Below, in pieces: positions 28,539 through 39,773 of a stretch of 64,000 nt of DNA. This DNA is from an uncultured Gammaproteobacteria bacterium. GTDB lineage: Bacteria; Patescibacteriota; Microgenomatia; Levybacterales; GWA1-39-11. The position numbers and the translations under genes are program-made. Numbering within the stretch: position 1 is the first letter of the stretch; every line of letters begins with the position of its first letter. The notes beneath the pieces were generated by a model that searched no databases, had not been told where the DNA came from, and saw only the letters and a list, made by a program, of their open reading frames with translations. The stretch covers positions 4,175-68,174 of the forward strand of contig CAZXFJ010000002.1 of assembly GCA_964640435.1 (NCBI GenBank), given 5' to 3'.

Positions 28539-30809
28539 ATGGAATTTATTAAAAGGAATGTTTTTCTAATTGTATTAGTAGTTTTATGTCTAGCGTTTTT
28601 CAATAAGACAATTTTGTCAGGCCTTTTACCAATACCTGCTGATACGATTGTTGGACTGTATTATCCTTTTCGCGACAATTATGTTAAAACAAATCCAAAC
28701 GGATTACCATACAAAAATTTTTTAATAACAGATCCCGTTAGGCAAACCTATCCTTGGAAGAATTTATCTATTAATTTAATTAAGAAAGCGCAACTGCCTT
28801 TATGGAATCCTTATAATTTTTCAGGAACACCGTTACTAGCTAATTTCCAATCATCAGTTTTTTATCCATTTAATCTTCTCCTCCTTATCCTGCCATTTTC
28901 CATGGGTTGGGGTACATTAATCATTTTACAGCCTATTTTAGGGGGAATATTCATGTTCTTATACTTGAAGAATTTGAGATTAAAAAATGAATCAAGCTTC
29001 TTGGGTTCAATTGTGTTTTCTTTTAGCGGGTTTTCAATAGCATGGCTTGAATGGGGAACTATATTTCAGACCGCCCTCTGGTTGCCATTAATACTTCTAT
29101 CTGTTGATAAGATTATAAATAGAGAAGAAAAAATAAAAATAAAAGACTTAATAGTTTGGACTACAATATTAACTCTTTCACTTTCCTTTTCATTTTTTGC
29201 AGGTCATCTTCAAACATTCTTTTATATATTTATTATTTCTGTCGCGTATATACTTTTCCGTTCCTTTGAACAAAAAAGTAAATTCAAATCATTACTATTT
29301 TTCATAATCCCATATCTACTATTTGTTTTACTAACTTTTATTCAGTGGTATCCTACATTACAGTTTATTTTACTCTCGGCAAGAGATGCTGACCTTGTTT
29401 CATATAAAACTGTCGGATGGTTTATTCCTCTGCAGAATATTATTCAATTTATCGCACCAGACTTTTTTGGTAATCCATCAACATTAAATTACTTTGGTGA
29501 ATGGAATTATGGTGAGTTTATTGGATATGTTGGCATCATTCCCCTTATATTTGCTTTGTTTGCTATAGCTTTTAATAAAACAAAAGAGACACTTTTTTTC
29601 TTGATAGTACTTTTAATTGCTTTAATTTTTGCTTTTCCAAATCCAGCTTCACAGATCCCCTTTATGCTAAATTTACCTTTTATTTCTACTGCTCAACCTA
29701 CAAGGTTAATATTTTTAGCTGATTTTGCATTAGCAATTCTTGCCGCGGTTGGATTGGAAGAATATCTTAAAAGAAGTCGAAAAATTATTTTTATTCTTCC
29801 TATTTTTATTTTAATTATTGCATGTCTTTGGGGTTTTACTCTAGCTCAAGGATTTGGTTTAGTTACAGCAGAAAATTTACAGGTAATAAAACAAAATTTA
29901 AAACTTCCAACTTTACTTGTATTTGCTTCAGTACTTATTCTTACTCTTCCAGTTATTAAAATTATCAATAAAGAAAAAAAGATATTGACTTTATTAGTAG
30001 TTGCTATTCTAGCAATATCAATATTTGATCTTTTCAGATTTGGTTGGAAATTTGAATCTTTCTCTCCAGCTAGCTATCTTTTTCCCAATACCAAAGTAAT
30101 ATCATATATACAAAACCAGCCTGGTATTTATCGAACAATGTCTACAGACAGTAGAATATTTCCTCCTAATTTTTCTGTTATGTACAATATATATTCTCCA
30201 GACGGTTATGATCCTTTATATCTCAGACGGTACGGTGAATTAATCGCAGCATATGCTCGGAATAAGCCGGATATTGCAACACCTCTTGGTTTTAACAGAA
30301 TAGTTACACTTCAAAATCCTGATTCAAGGATAGTCGATCTTTTAGGAATAAAATATGTTTTATCATTCGATGACCCACAGGTATCAAAACTATCAAAAGT
30401 CTACTCTGACGGAATTGTAAGCGTTTATCAGAATAATAGTGCACTCGAAAGAATATTCTTTGTTCCAACAACTAAGTTTGTGAATACTAATCAGGAAGCC
30501 ATTGCTGAAATGTTTGATATTAACTATTCATTTGACAAAAGAGCAATTGTCCAAGGTATGAGAACCCAAAACTATAAAAATAATTGGGATGTAGGAAAAG
30601 TGAAGATTAATGACTATACTCCCAATAAGGTTAATATAGCCACCAGCAATAAAGGAGATGGATTCCTTGTCTTAACAGACGCCTATTATCCTACATGGAG
30701 TGCAACGATCGATGGAGAGCCAGCTCAAATATTTATAACAGACTATGCATTTAGGGGAATAATTGTGCCAAAGGGTAATCATATAATAGAATTTATTAAT
30801 GGTCTATGA
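28539..30809 (+). CDS. YfhO-family GT-C membrane protein (no terminal TM)
   Basis: 'PLWNPYNFSGTPLLANFQ', 'GHLQ', 'PDFFGNP', 'GYDPL' and 'YYPTW...DYAFRG'. Confidence 0.85.
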   Translation: MEFIKRNVFLIVLVVLCLAFFNKTILSGLLPIPADTIVGLYYPFRDNYVKTNPNGLPYKNFLITDPVRQTYPWKNLSINLIKKAQLPLWNPYNFSGTPLLANFQSSVFYPFNLLLLILPFSMGWGTLIILQPILGGIFMFLYLKNLRLKNESSFLGSIVFSFSGFSIAWLEWGTIFQTALWLPLILLSVDKIINREEKIKIKDLIVWTTILTLSLSFSFFAGHLQTFFYIFIISVAYILFRSFEQKSKFKSLLFFIIPYLLFVLLTFIQWYPTLQFILLSARDADLVSYKTVGWFIPLQNIIQFIAPDFFGNPSTLNYFGEWNYGEFIGYVGIIPLIFALFAIAFNKTKETLFFLIVLLIALIFAFPNPASQIPFMLNLPFISTAQPTRLIFLADFALAILAAVGLEEYLKRSRKIIFILPIFILIIACLWGFTLAQGFGLVTAENLQVIKQNLKLPTLLVFASVLILTLPVIKIINKEKKILTLLVVAILAISIFDLFRFGWKFESFSPASYLFPNTKVISYIQNQPGIYRTMSTDSRIFPPNFSVMYNIYSPDGYDPLYLRRYGELIAAYARNKPDIATPLGFNRIVTLQNPDSRIVDLLGIKYVLSFDDPQVSKLSKVYSDGIVSVYQNNSALERIFFVPTTKFVNTNQEAIAEMFDINYSFDKRAIVQGMRTQNYKNNWDVGKVKINDYTPNKVNIATSNKGDGFLVLTDAYYPTWSATIDGEPAQIFITDYAFRGIIVPKGNHIIEFINGL

Positions 30810-31771
30810 AAATTGATATAGTAATTCCTAATTATAATGGAGCAGAGCTAATTAAAAAAAATCTTCCGGATCTAATAGATGCTGTCGAAAAATATGATAT
30901 TGGCAAGATAATTATAAGTGATGATTGTTCTCATGCAGAGGATTTTAAAAACCTTTCTGAATTTTTAAATATAGTTCGTCAAAAGACAAAAATAAAAATA
31001 GAGTTAATTGAAAATCTTAGAAATGTTGGTTTCTCTTCAAATGTAAATGTAGGTGTATCAAAGACCACAGCGGATTTTGTACTATTACTAAATACAGACG
31101 TATCTGCTAACGCTAAATTCCTGGATGCTGCATTAAAAGATCTTGAGAATAATGAAAACTTATTTGGCGTTGGACTTATGGACAAGAGTGAAGAGAGAGG
31201 TAAAGTTGTTTTAAGGGGAAGAGGTTTAGCAACATGGAAAAGAGGGTTTTTAGTTCATAGAAGGGGTGAGGTTGATTCGAAAGATACCTTCTGGATTAGC
31301 GGTGGAAGTTGTATATTTAGAAGAGAATTGTTCATAAGGCTTGGGGGATTTGACCAAAGCTATAACCCATTCTATTGGGAAGATATCGATTTGTCATACA
31401 GGGCGAGAAAATCAGGTTATGAGGTAATGTTTGAGCCCGAAAGCGAAGTAATTCATAGGCATGAAGAGGGAACTATTAAGAGACATTTTAAGTCATCCCA
31501 TATCAAAAAAATTGCATATCGAAATCAATTTGTTTTTGTTTGGAAAAATATAACAGACATAAAGCTTTTAATTTCGCACTTTTTCTGGCTTCCCGTCCAT
31601 TTGATAAAAGCGATTTTACGAATGGACCTTGCTTTCATAGCTGGATTTTTTGCTGCAATTAATAAAATTCCTGCTATAATCGGAAAACGAAGAAAGCAAA
31701 AAAAACTATACAAGAAAAAAGACGTAGAAATTATCCCAAATGAAATTATCAATACTAATTCCGGTATATAA
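30806..31771 (+). CDS. GT2 glycosyltransferase
   Basis: 'PNYNG', 'NVGFS', 'LLNTD', 'GGFD' and '[10 protein letters not shown]'. Confidence 0.88.
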   Translation: MKIDIVIPNYNGAELIKKNLPDLIDAVEKYDIGKIIISDDCSHAEDFKNLSEFLNIVRQKTKIKIELIENLRNVGFSSNVNVGVSKTTADFVLLLNTDVSANAKFLDAALKDLENNENLFGVGLMDKSEERGKVVLRGRGLATWKRGFLVHRRGEVDSKDTFWISGGSCIFRRELFIRLGGFDQSYNPFYWEDIDLSYRARKSGYEVMFEPESEVIHRHEEGTIKRHFKSSHIKKIAYRNQFVFVWKNITDIKLLISHFFWLPVHLIKAILRMDLAFIAGFFAAINKIPAIIGKRRKQKKLYKKKDVEIIPNEIINTNSGI

Positions 31772-32453
31772 CGAAGAAAAAACTATTAAAGCTGTATTAA
31801 AAAGTGTAGCAAAAGTAGAAATAAAAAAAACTCCTATAGAAATTGTAATTGTTGATGATGGATCATCAGATAAAACAGTTTCCTATATTAAAAAAATATT
31901 ACCAAAGCTTAAGAGAGCTAAATTGATAATTCACCCAAAGAATAAAGGAAAAGGTTCTGCCTTAAGGACGGGAATTAAAAAGGCTCGAGGAGACTATATT
32001 ATTATTCAAGATGCTGACTTAGAGTACGATCCAAAATATATTCCAGAGCTTTTTAAGAACATAAAAACACGAGAAGAGGTAATTTACGGCACTCGGTTAA
32101 ATAGAATGCCTCATTTTGATAATGAAGAAAGAAGAGCTCAATTTCTTTTACACTATATTGGAAACAGGTTTTTAAGTTTAGTAACAAGCATTTTGTATGG
32201 GCAATGGTTAACTGATATTGAGACATGTTATAAGCTCTTCCCCAAAAAAGCTGTGCTAAAGATTAAAATAAGAGCTAAGGGATTTGAATTTGAACCTGAA
32301 ATTACTGCTAAACTTATTAAACAGGGATATAGAATTAAAGAAGTACCAATAACTACTAAACCGCGTGGTTATGATGAAGGTAAAAAATTACAAACAGTAC
32401 GAGATGGCTATAAAGCTCTTTATTCTCTAATAAAGTACAGGTTTACAGACTAA
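31740..32453 (+). CDS. GT2, polyprenol-phosphate glycosyltransferase (DPM-synthase-like)
   Basis: 'VDDGSSD', 'NKGKG', '[10 protein letters not shown]', 'TDIETCYK' and 'FEPEIT'. Confidence 0.9.
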   Translation: MKLSILIPVYNEEKTIKAVLKSVAKVEIKKTPIEIVIVDDGSSDKTVSYIKKILPKLKRAKLIIHPKNKGKGSALRTGIKKARGDYIIIQDADLEYDPKYIPELFKNIKTREEVIYGTRLNRMPHFDNEERRAQFLLHYIGNRFLSLVTSILYGQWLTDIETCYKLFPKKAVLKIKIRAKGFEFEPEITAKLIKQGYRIKEVPITTKPRGYDEGKKLQTVRDGYKALYSLIKYRFTD

Positions 32454-32488
32454 AAAACTTATTTTATTATAATAATCGATAACAAAAA

Positions 32489-34423
32489 ATGAATTTATTA
32501 AGTGTCGATTTTATTGCATCATTTTTTTATTTTTTACTAGCTATTTTTATCTCTTTTTATCTTCCTGGCTTTTTCTTTATCTCAAGGTTAAATTTACATA
32601 AATCTCAAGAAGTAATATTAAGCATAACTACCGGCATGGTTTTGTTTGCTTTTCAGGGATTTATATTTGGGTACTTAAACTTACGTTTATTAACTTATGT
32701 ATATCTTCTCCTATTCATTGGGCTATATATTTGGAAAAAAAGAGCTAAAAAAATTTCTCTACCTTCACTGGATATAAAAAATGCAGACTATTTATTATTA
32801 TTTATTTTGTTTGCCGGGGTTTTAACTCAAATTTTTTCAGTTTGGTTTAATGGGATAAAAATTTCGGAAGGACTTTATTTTTGTTGTGGATCAGTTCAGG
32901 ATAGTGTTCTTCATCTTGCAATCACAGATGAAATAGTTAAGAGATTTCCTCCAAATGAACCCGGCATGTATGGACAACTGCTTACAAATTATCATTATTG
33001 GGGGAGTTTGGTTATCGGAGAACTGATAAGAATATTTAAGTTACCTCTAATATCAACAAACTATCAGTTTATGACAATATTTGTCTCCTTGATGCTTGGT
33101 TTAAATGCTTTGGTTTTTGCAAGTGTACTCAAAATAGGTAAGGGATTCGGTAGATGGTTATTATTCTTTCTTTATTTTGGATCGGATTTCATATGGGGTA
33201 TTGTTGCAATTTTTAATAGAGATTCAATTTTCTTTATGCGTCCACTTGAAAGTGGAGCACAGTTTTTAGAGAATTTACCTCGAGCATTTGCTGTTGTTGT
33301 TTTCTTCGCAGCATTTTCATTATTTTTGATATGGATAAAGAAAAAGGATTTGTATGTTGGACTTATTATGTCATTTCTTTTAGCAAGTCTTTTAGTTTTT
33401 AAAGTAAATATTGGAGTATTTGCATTTTCTGGTTTGGCATTTTTGGGAATATACTACCTTTACAAAAGAGAGTACAAGATGTTGATACCACTGATCGTCG
33501 CTGTAATAATAGGTGCGATTATTTATTTGCCAACAAACTCATCGTCAGGAGGTCTTTATTATACGGGCTTTTGGAGATTTGAGAATTTCGTTGTACAGCC
33601 ATCGTTTAAATTGGATAGATTAGAATTAGCACGTTTAATTTATCTGCAACATGGAAATACACTTCGAGTGATTCAGTACGAGCTAATGTACATTTTCATC
33701 TTTATATTGGCTGTGTTTGGGACAAAGTTATTAGGATTTATTCAAACAAAAAAGTCTTTATCTCTTTTTCCAATCCAAATACATATAGTTTTTATACCAG
33801 CAATAATCATTAGTTTTATTGCTGGAGCATTTTTTTCGCAGACGTCAGGAGGTTCTAATAGTTTTAACTTTATAGTCTCCGTTTATATTCTTGGTTCTAT
33901 ATATACCGCTCTTGCATGTTTTTATTGGCTAAAAGGAAGAAATTTAATAAAAATATTACTAATAGTTTTGATTGTTGGATTAACACTCACGAGAAGTGTA
34001 GTTCAAACATATTCATATATAGACGATATTTTGAATAAACGTGGCTATTTAATAAAAAATGAAGAACTAGCCGCTATAAACTATTTTTCATCTTTACCTT
34101 CAGGTTTAGTGATTGTAGATCCTAATCTTGAAATTGATAAGAATAGCCCGTACTTAACTTTTTTAACAGGGCACAGGATGTATTTATCAGGAATTATTAA
34201 TGAGCTTGAGGCACACAATATAGACTATAAAGATAGGTTAACAATTAGAGATGAAATTTTTAAGTCAAAAAATCCTGACAAAGTTGCTGATTTAATTGCT
34301 GAGAATGATATAAGATATATATATCTTAAAAATAAAACAAAGCTTACAGCAACTGACTCGGCTAAGTTTTTGCCTGTAATTTTTCATAACGATATGATAA
34401 AAATTTTGGAGTTTAAAAAGTAA
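32489..34423 (+). CDS. Multi-TM GT-C-like membrane protein with C-terminal soluble domain
   Basis: 'QDSVLH...PPNEPGMYG..L.NYHY' loop and many TM segments; the loop is shared with 47705-49513. Confidence 0.65.
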   Translation: MNLLSVDFIASFFYFLLAIFISFYLPGFFFISRLNLHKSQEVILSITTGMVLFAFQGFIFGYLNLRLLTYVYLLLFIGLYIWKKRAKKISLPSLDIKNADYLLLFILFAGVLTQIFSVWFNGIKISEGLYFCCGSVQDSVLHLAITDEIVKRFPPNEPGMYGQLLTNYHYWGSLVIGELIRIFKLPLISTNYQFMTIFVSLMLGLNALVFASVLKIGKGFGRWLLFFLYFGSDFIWGIVAIFNRDSIFFMRPLESGAQFLENLPRAFAVVVFFAAFSLFLIWIKKKDLYVGLIMSFLLASLLVFKVNIGVFAFSGLAFLGIYYLYKREYKMLIPLIVAVIIGAIIYLPTNSSSGGLYYTGFWRFENFVVQPSFKLDRLELARLIYLQHGNTLRVIQYELMYIFIFILAVFGTKLLGFIQTKKSLSLFPIQIHIVFIPAIIISFIAGAFFSQTSGGSNSFNFIVSVYILGSIYTALACFYWLKGRNLIKILLIVLIVGLTLTRSVVQTYSYIDDILNKRGYLIKNEELAAINYFSSLPSGLVIVDPNLEIDKNSPYLTFLTGHRMYLSGIINELEAHNIDYKDRLTIRDEIFKSKNPDKVADLIAENDIRYIYLKNKTKLTATDSAKFLPVIFHNDMIKILEFKK

Positions 34424-36066
34424 TGAAAAAATACTTAAAACCAAGTCTAATATTATTACTAATTTTCTTTCTAGGTTTATTTTTAAGGCTTTATCAATTA
34501 GGAACTACCCCTGCAGGATTTCATGCGGATGAAGCTGCATTTGGTTACAATGCATATTCGATTATCGAAACAGGTAAAGATGAATATGGGAAAACATTGC
34601 CATTAGTGCTTAAGTCATTTGGTGATTATAAAGGGGCACTATATGCATATTTATCAATTCCTTTTGTCTTGTTATTTGGTTTAAATCCATTTGGAGTCAG
34701 ATTTGCTTCTGCAATTATTTCTGCTCTAACAATAGTAGTTATCTACTTATTCGCCAAAAAGCTTTTTAATAACACAACCATCTCACTAGTTTCGGCATTT
34801 TTGTTTGCTATATCCCCCTGGGATATTATTATTTCAAGGGTAACCGGTGATGTAGAAGTAGGACTTTTTTTCACCCTCCTAATGTCCTATCTTCTTTTAT
34901 TTTTAAATGAAAAAAAGAGTAGTTTTTATTTTGTACTTGCTTTACTTTTTGGATTTCTTGCAACCATATCTTATGCCCCATATAGATTCTATGTAATTTT
35001 AATACCACTTATTTTCTTAGTGTTCTCAGCGGAGAAGATAAAAGGAAAAATAAATTTTAACAAAAAAGTATTATTTTTTATCATCTCAATAATTCTAGTT
35101 GGAATAATATATAGTTTTATTGCTCCTACAGAAAGACTTTCTCAGATTTCTATATTTACTAATCAAAATACTCAGTTAGTTTTAGATGAGCAGGTAAGGG
35201 AGGATGCAACCTCTCAAACATATGTGACTAGAATATTTCATAACAAAGTTGTTAATTACACTAGAACATTACTTGAGAATGCTGGACAATATTTTACTCT
35301 TGACTACCTTTTCCTAAATGGTGGTTTTCCATTAAGAGAAAGAATTCCTGCCAGTGGGCTTTTTTATATTTGGCAGTCTCCATTTTTGTTGTTTGGTTTG
35401 TATTTGATAATCCGAAAGAAAGAAAGAAGTGGATTTATTCTAATTGCGTGGTGGATTATTTTACTAATCCCTACAATTTTTACTTTTGATGAAATCCCAA
35501 ACGTACATAGAAATTTAATAATAAACCCTGCGATTCTTTTAATAATCTCGATAGGTATAGCGGATTTCCTAAAAATAAGAAAAGAAGTAATAGGAAAAAT
35601 TGCGTTAGGAGTTCTTATTGTTGTTGGATTATTTGAGTTTGCGTATTTCTTTCATCAATATTTCGCACACCAAAATGTTCATAGACCTTGGTATAGAGGA
35701 TTTGCATACGAAGAACTCGTTAGCGAGGTTAACAAAATATCGGGAGATTACAAAAAAGTTATCGTAACAAAAGGAAATCAAAGTCCATATATTTACTTCT
35801 TATTCTACTCAAAATACTCGCCTGTTGAATATCAGAAACAAGGTTCACCACGAGATCTTGATTATAAAGGCTTTGATAAATATACATTCGTTCCCTTGGG
35901 TTGTCCTCCTGTGGTAAAAGAAAAAGATATCGCCACAATTAAGGGAGATAAGGACACTTTGTATATTGATATGGGTACATGCGATTTGCCAGCCAATGCA
36001 AAAATAATTAAAACTATTAACTGGCAAGATGGTTCATCTGCATTTAAGATAATTGATTTTAGATAG
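34423..36066 (+). CDS. GT-C, ArnT/PMT_2-like
   Basis: 'HADEAAFGYNAYS...GKDEYG...SFGDYK' and 'AISPW'. Confidence 0.82.
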   Translation: MKKYLKPSLILLLIFFLGLFLRLYQLGTTPAGFHADEAAFGYNAYSIIETGKDEYGKTLPLVLKSFGDYKGALYAYLSIPFVLLFGLNPFGVRFASAIISALTIVVIYLFAKKLFNNTTISLVSAFLFAISPWDIIISRVTGDVEVGLFFTLLMSYLLLFLNEKKSSFYFVLALLFGFLATISYAPYRFYVILIPLIFLVFSAEKIKGKINFNKKVLFFIISIILVGIIYSFIAPTERLSQISIFTNQNTQLVLDEQVREDATSQTYVTRIFHNKVVNYTRTLLENAGQYFTLDYLFLNGGFPLRERIPASGLFYIWQSPFLLFGLYLIIRKKERSGFILIAWWIILLIPTIFTFDEIPNVHRNLIINPAILLIISIGIADFLKIRKEVIGKIALGVLIVVGLFEFAYFFHQYFAHQNVHRPWYRGFAYEELVSEVNKISGDYKKVIVTKGNQSPYIYFLFYSKYSPVEYQKQGSPRDLDYKGFDKYTFVPLGCPPVVKEKDIATIKGDKDTLYIDMGTCDLPANAKIIKTINWQDGSSAFKIIDFR

Positions 36067-36075
36067 ATCTGATGG

Positions 36076-36093
36076 TGTTATAATCATCTAATG
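36076..36093 (+). promoter_or_regulatory. Internal extended -10 promoter (TGtTATAAT)
   Basis: TGT-TATAAT at 36076-36084, ATG at 36091. Confidence 0.55.
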
Positions 36094-38097
36094 CGTTTTC
36101 GAAGTCTACTCTTTGGTGCGTTTTTTCTATTATTATCGGCAAGTAATGTTTTTGCTGATAACTCCTACATAACAATCGTAAATCCTGTAAGAATTTCAGA
36201 ATATACGAAAGATATAGTAGTCAACCTTAAGACCCAATACGAAGAATTAAATAAAAGAGAACTTCCAGCAACTTGGTTACTGACCTATGAAGTAATTACA
36301 AAAAAAGAAGCAGTTGAAGCAATAAAAAAATTTAATAAAAGACAAGAAGTAGGGGTATTTCTTGAAATAACTCCAGAAATATCTAAGGCTTCTGGGGTTT
36401 CTTACAATGAAACTAATGCTTGGCATAGGGCAACCTCAATTTTTTTATCAGGTTACACACAAAAAGATAGAAGAAAACTGATTGACACATTTTTTTCAGC
36501 ATTCAAAGATAAATTTGGATATTATCCAAAGTCGGTAGGATCCTGGTGGACAGATGCATATTCGCTTTCCTACATGAAAGAAAAATACAATATTACAGGA
36601 ACGCTTGGAGTGTCTGATCAGTATGATTTAGATGGGTATCAGGTTTGGGGTACATTTTGGAGTGTACCATATTACCCATCGAAGGTTAATGCAGGTATGC
36701 CAGCTCAAGCGGCTGAAGATAAAATAAATGTTGTCACCTTTAGATGGGCTGCAAGAGATCCTATTAATGGATACGCGAGCCCTTCTGATAAAGAAGCAAG
36801 TCTATATAGTACACAAGATTATTCTTCATTTGGTTTAGTTAATGATTATTACAATTATCTTATTGAGACATTTTCAATGCAAAACGAATTTAATAAATTT
36901 GGACAAATAACTCTTGGTCTTGAGGCAGATTATGCACCAGAAACATATACATCACAATTCGCAGAGTGGCTAGATATTGTTAAGAATAGAGAAGCTGAAG
37001 GGGAAAAAATAACAAACATGTCAGAGTTCTCTGATTGGTATATTAATGAGTTTAAATCTATTTCCCCACAGCAAATCATAGTATCGGATGATTATTTAGG
37101 GACAGGAAAGAAAGTGTATTGGATAAATAACTCCAGGTATAGAGTGGGTCTAGTCGATGACGGAAAAAATACAGCAATGATTGATTTTCGGACCTATCCT
37201 GAAAATTTTATTGAGCCATTTTATGTTGCACCAAACAAGCAATACAATTTATCTATAAACCTTCCATATGTAATTGATTCGCATATAAACAAAAAAAGTT
37301 CTTGGATTCTATCAAGCGAAAGTATTGAATCAGTTGAAAGCACTTTAGGAAATTTATCTGTGAAGTTAAAAAAAGGAAGCTTATTATTCTCTCCTAATTC
37401 AATTACAGTTCGTGATATTAAAATTCCTATTGCAATTGGCAAGAGCACTTATTTAAAAGTTGAAAAAAATGAAAATCATCAAATTATTTATCCAATCAAA
37501 AACGACCCGATCAGTCCAGATGGAATACTTTATAGCGAATACTCTTTAAGACTCCCTTTTACCATAGAAAGAAGAATAGACCCTATAAAAGTGTTTATTT
37601 ATCCGACTGCAATTATTTTAATCTGCATAATTTCAACCCTATTAATTATTAGATTTAAAAGAAGAGGAGTATTAATTTTGTTTTCATTAGCCATAATTTT
37701 AGTAATATTTTTCGTTGTTCGTGGACAAGCAAAATATTACATAAGTCAAACAGAAATGGATGCGTTATCCGTGCTGAGTGATTTGCCTCAGGGGAGAGTA
37801 CTCGTTTATGAGAAGGATTGTTTAAAATGTACATTTCAAACAATAAGGCCAGCAGCAGCCGCAGGAAGAAAGGGATACGTTGAAAAGTACGGTAAGCAAA
37901 AAATGTTACTTGATCTAAATTTCCAAATAGCTGCAAGTAGTAAGCTTGGCGCAGAGATGTTAAAAGAAAGAAAAGTTAAATATATTTACTTAAGTAAATA
38001 TGAAGACTATATTGAAACACTTCCGTATTTGCCTCAAGATTTAGGCTTAAAGCGAGTATATGAAAATGCTAACGCTCAAATTTGGGAAGTGTTGTAG
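36091..38097 (+). CDS. Exported NodB/CE4-like (carbohydrate esterase/hydrolase-fold) protein with TM hairpin and GT-C-like C-terminal domain
   Basis: Signal peptide, 'LPATWLL', 'FGYYPKSVGSWW', 'DGYQVWG...YYPS' and two TMs near aa 500-545. Confidence 0.55.
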   Translation: MRFRSLLFGAFFLLLSASNVFADNSYITIVNPVRISEYTKDIVVNLKTQYEELNKRELPATWLLTYEVITKKEAVEAIKKFNKRQEVGVFLEITPEISKASGVSYNETNAWHRATSIFLSGYTQKDRRKLIDTFFSAFKDKFGYYPKSVGSWWTDAYSLSYMKEKYNITGTLGVSDQYDLDGYQVWGTFWSVPYYPSKVNAGMPAQAAEDKINVVTFRWAARDPINGYASPSDKEASLYSTQDYSSFGLVNDYYNYLIETFSMQNEFNKFGQITLGLEADYAPETYTSQFAEWLDIVKNREAEGEKITNMSEFSDWYINEFKSISPQQIIVSDDYLGTGKKVYWINNSRYRVGLVDDGKNTAMIDFRTYPENFIEPFYVAPNKQYNLSINLPYVIDSHINKKSSWILSSESIESVESTLGNLSVKLKKGSLLFSPNSITVRDIKIPIAIGKSTYLKVEKNENHQIIYPIKNDPISPDGILYSEYSLRLPFTIERRIDPIKVFIYPTAIILICIISTLLIIRFKRRGVLILFSLAIILVIFFVVRGQAKYYISQTEMDALSVLSDLPQGRVLVYEKDCLKCTFQTIRPAAAAGRKGYVEKYGKQKMLLDLNFQIAASSKLGAEMLKERKVKYIYLSKYEDYIETLPYLPQDLGLKRVYENANAQIWEVL

Positions 38098-38118
38098 AAT
38101 AATATATAATCTTAAGAA

Positions 38119-39771
38119 ATGAGCAAAAAGGTTTTATTCTCGTTACTATCTCTTATTGTCCTCCTTGCAGCATTTCTCCGTTTCTATAAAATAGGTACAA
38201 ATCCTTCTTCTCTCACCTGGGATGAGGTTGCTTGGGGTTACAATTCATACACTCTTGGGATTGATGGTAAAGATGAATTTGGAAGATTTCTTCCAATCAC
38301 ATATCTTGAATCATTCGGTGATTTTAAACCACCTGTTTATGCATATCTGGGAGTATTGCCAGTTAAGATATTTGGCTTAAACGAGTTTGCAACGAGATTT
38401 CCATCTGCTTTTTTTGGGACTTTGACAGTGTTACTAACATTCTTCTTAGTTAAGCGCATCTTTTGGCAGAAGAAAGAGGCAGAGGTTGTGGGTCTTTTAG
38501 CTGCATTTTTCCTAGCCATATCTCCATGGCATATTATGCTCTCGAGAGCTGCTTTTGAAGCAAATGTCTCCACGTTTTTTGTTGTTGCAGGAGTATTAAC
38601 ATTTCTCGCTGGGGTACAGGATAAAAAATGGTTTTTAATTCTTTCTGCGATATCTTTTACTCTTTCAATGTATACATTCAACACTGCAAGAATTGTAAGT
38701 CCGATTCTTGTTTTAATTCTTGCTTTCGCTTTTCGTGACAAGCTTCTTAAGATTAAAAAAGAAGTAATTATTGCAGCAATTGTTGGTTTAATAATAATGC
38801 TCCCTGCTATCCCATTTCTTCTTTCTCCGCAGGCAAGTCTTCGTTTTAAAGAAGTTAATATTTTTTCTGACCCTGAAGTTGTTAAGTTGGCAAATCAGCA
38901 AATTGAAAATGATAACAATGCTGTATGGTCAAAGATTCTCCACAATAGAAGAGTCCTTTATGGACTTGAGTATATAAAGCATTATTTTGATAACTTAAGC
39001 CCGAGCTTTCTATTTATAAAAGGAGATGGGAATCCAAAGTTTTCGACACAAAATGTTGGTCAAATGTATATCTTTGACATCGTATTTTTAGTTAGTGGTT
39101 TATTGCTATTAATAAGGAAACGTGATGGTAATTGGTGGCTTATACCAATATGGATATTAGTTGGAATAATTCCTGCGGCAACGGCACGAGAAACACCTCA
39201 TGCATTGAGAATTGAGACAACTTTACCCATGTTTCAAATCCTAACTGCTTATGGCGCATATTGGATAGGTAAATGGGTATTGGGTATTAGGAAAAAAATT
39301 GTTGGTGTTAAGTTAGGCCCAGCTGTAATTGGATTAGCAAGCCTATTGTTACTCTTTAATTTTGTTTACTTCTGGCATGATTTAATGGGTAATTACAATT
39401 ATCTTTATTCCTCGCAGTGGCAATATGGATACAAGGATTCAATCGATTATGTAAATGCGAACGCTGATAAGTATGATAGAGTTCAGATAACTCAGCAGTT
39501 GGGAAGACCGTACATTTACTACCTTTTCTACAATAAAACAAATCCTGAAGAATTCAGAAATACAGCAAAAATACATCGGGATTCATTTGGATTTGTAGAT
39601 ATTGAAGGATTTGGAAAATACACATTTCCTAAAGATTATCAGGTAGATAAGAAGGATGGGGAAAAGGTTTTGTATATTGCTACACCGTATCATCTCCCTG
39701 AAGGAGCAAAAATTTTAAAAACATTTAAATTGCTTAATGGAGAAGCTGTTTTTGTTGCATATACTATATAA
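38119..39771 (+). CDS. GT-C, ArnT/PMT_2-like
   Basis: 'TWDEVAWGYN...GKDEFG...SFGDFKPP', 'AISPWH...SRAAFE' and 'PHALR'. Confidence 0.85.
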   Translation: MSKKVLFSLLSLIVLLAAFLRFYKIGTNPSSLTWDEVAWGYNSYTLGIDGKDEFGRFLPITYLESFGDFKPPVYAYLGVLPVKIFGLNEFATRFPSAFFGTLTVLLTFFLVKRIFWQKKEAEVVGLLAAFFLAISPWHIMLSRAAFEANVSTFFVVAGVLTFLAGVQDKKWFLILSAISFTLSMYTFNTARIVSPILVLILAFAFRDKLLKIKKEVIIAAIVGLIIMLPAIPFLLSPQASLRFKEVNIFSDPEVVKLANQQIENDNNAVWSKILHNRRVLYGLEYIKHYFDNLSPSFLFIKGDGNPKFSTQNVGQMYIFDIVFLVSGLLLLIRKRDGNWWLIPIWILVGIIPAATARETPHALRIETTLPMFQILTAYGAYWIGKWVLGIRKKIVGVKLGPAVIGLASLLLLFNFVYFWHDLMGNYNYLYSSQWQYGYKDSIDYVNANADKYDRVQITQQLGRPYIYYLFYNKTNPEEFRNTAKIHRDSFGFVDIEGFGKYTFPKDYQVDKKDGEKVLYIATPYHLPEGAKILKTFKLLNGEAVFVAYTI

Positions 39772-39773
39772 AC

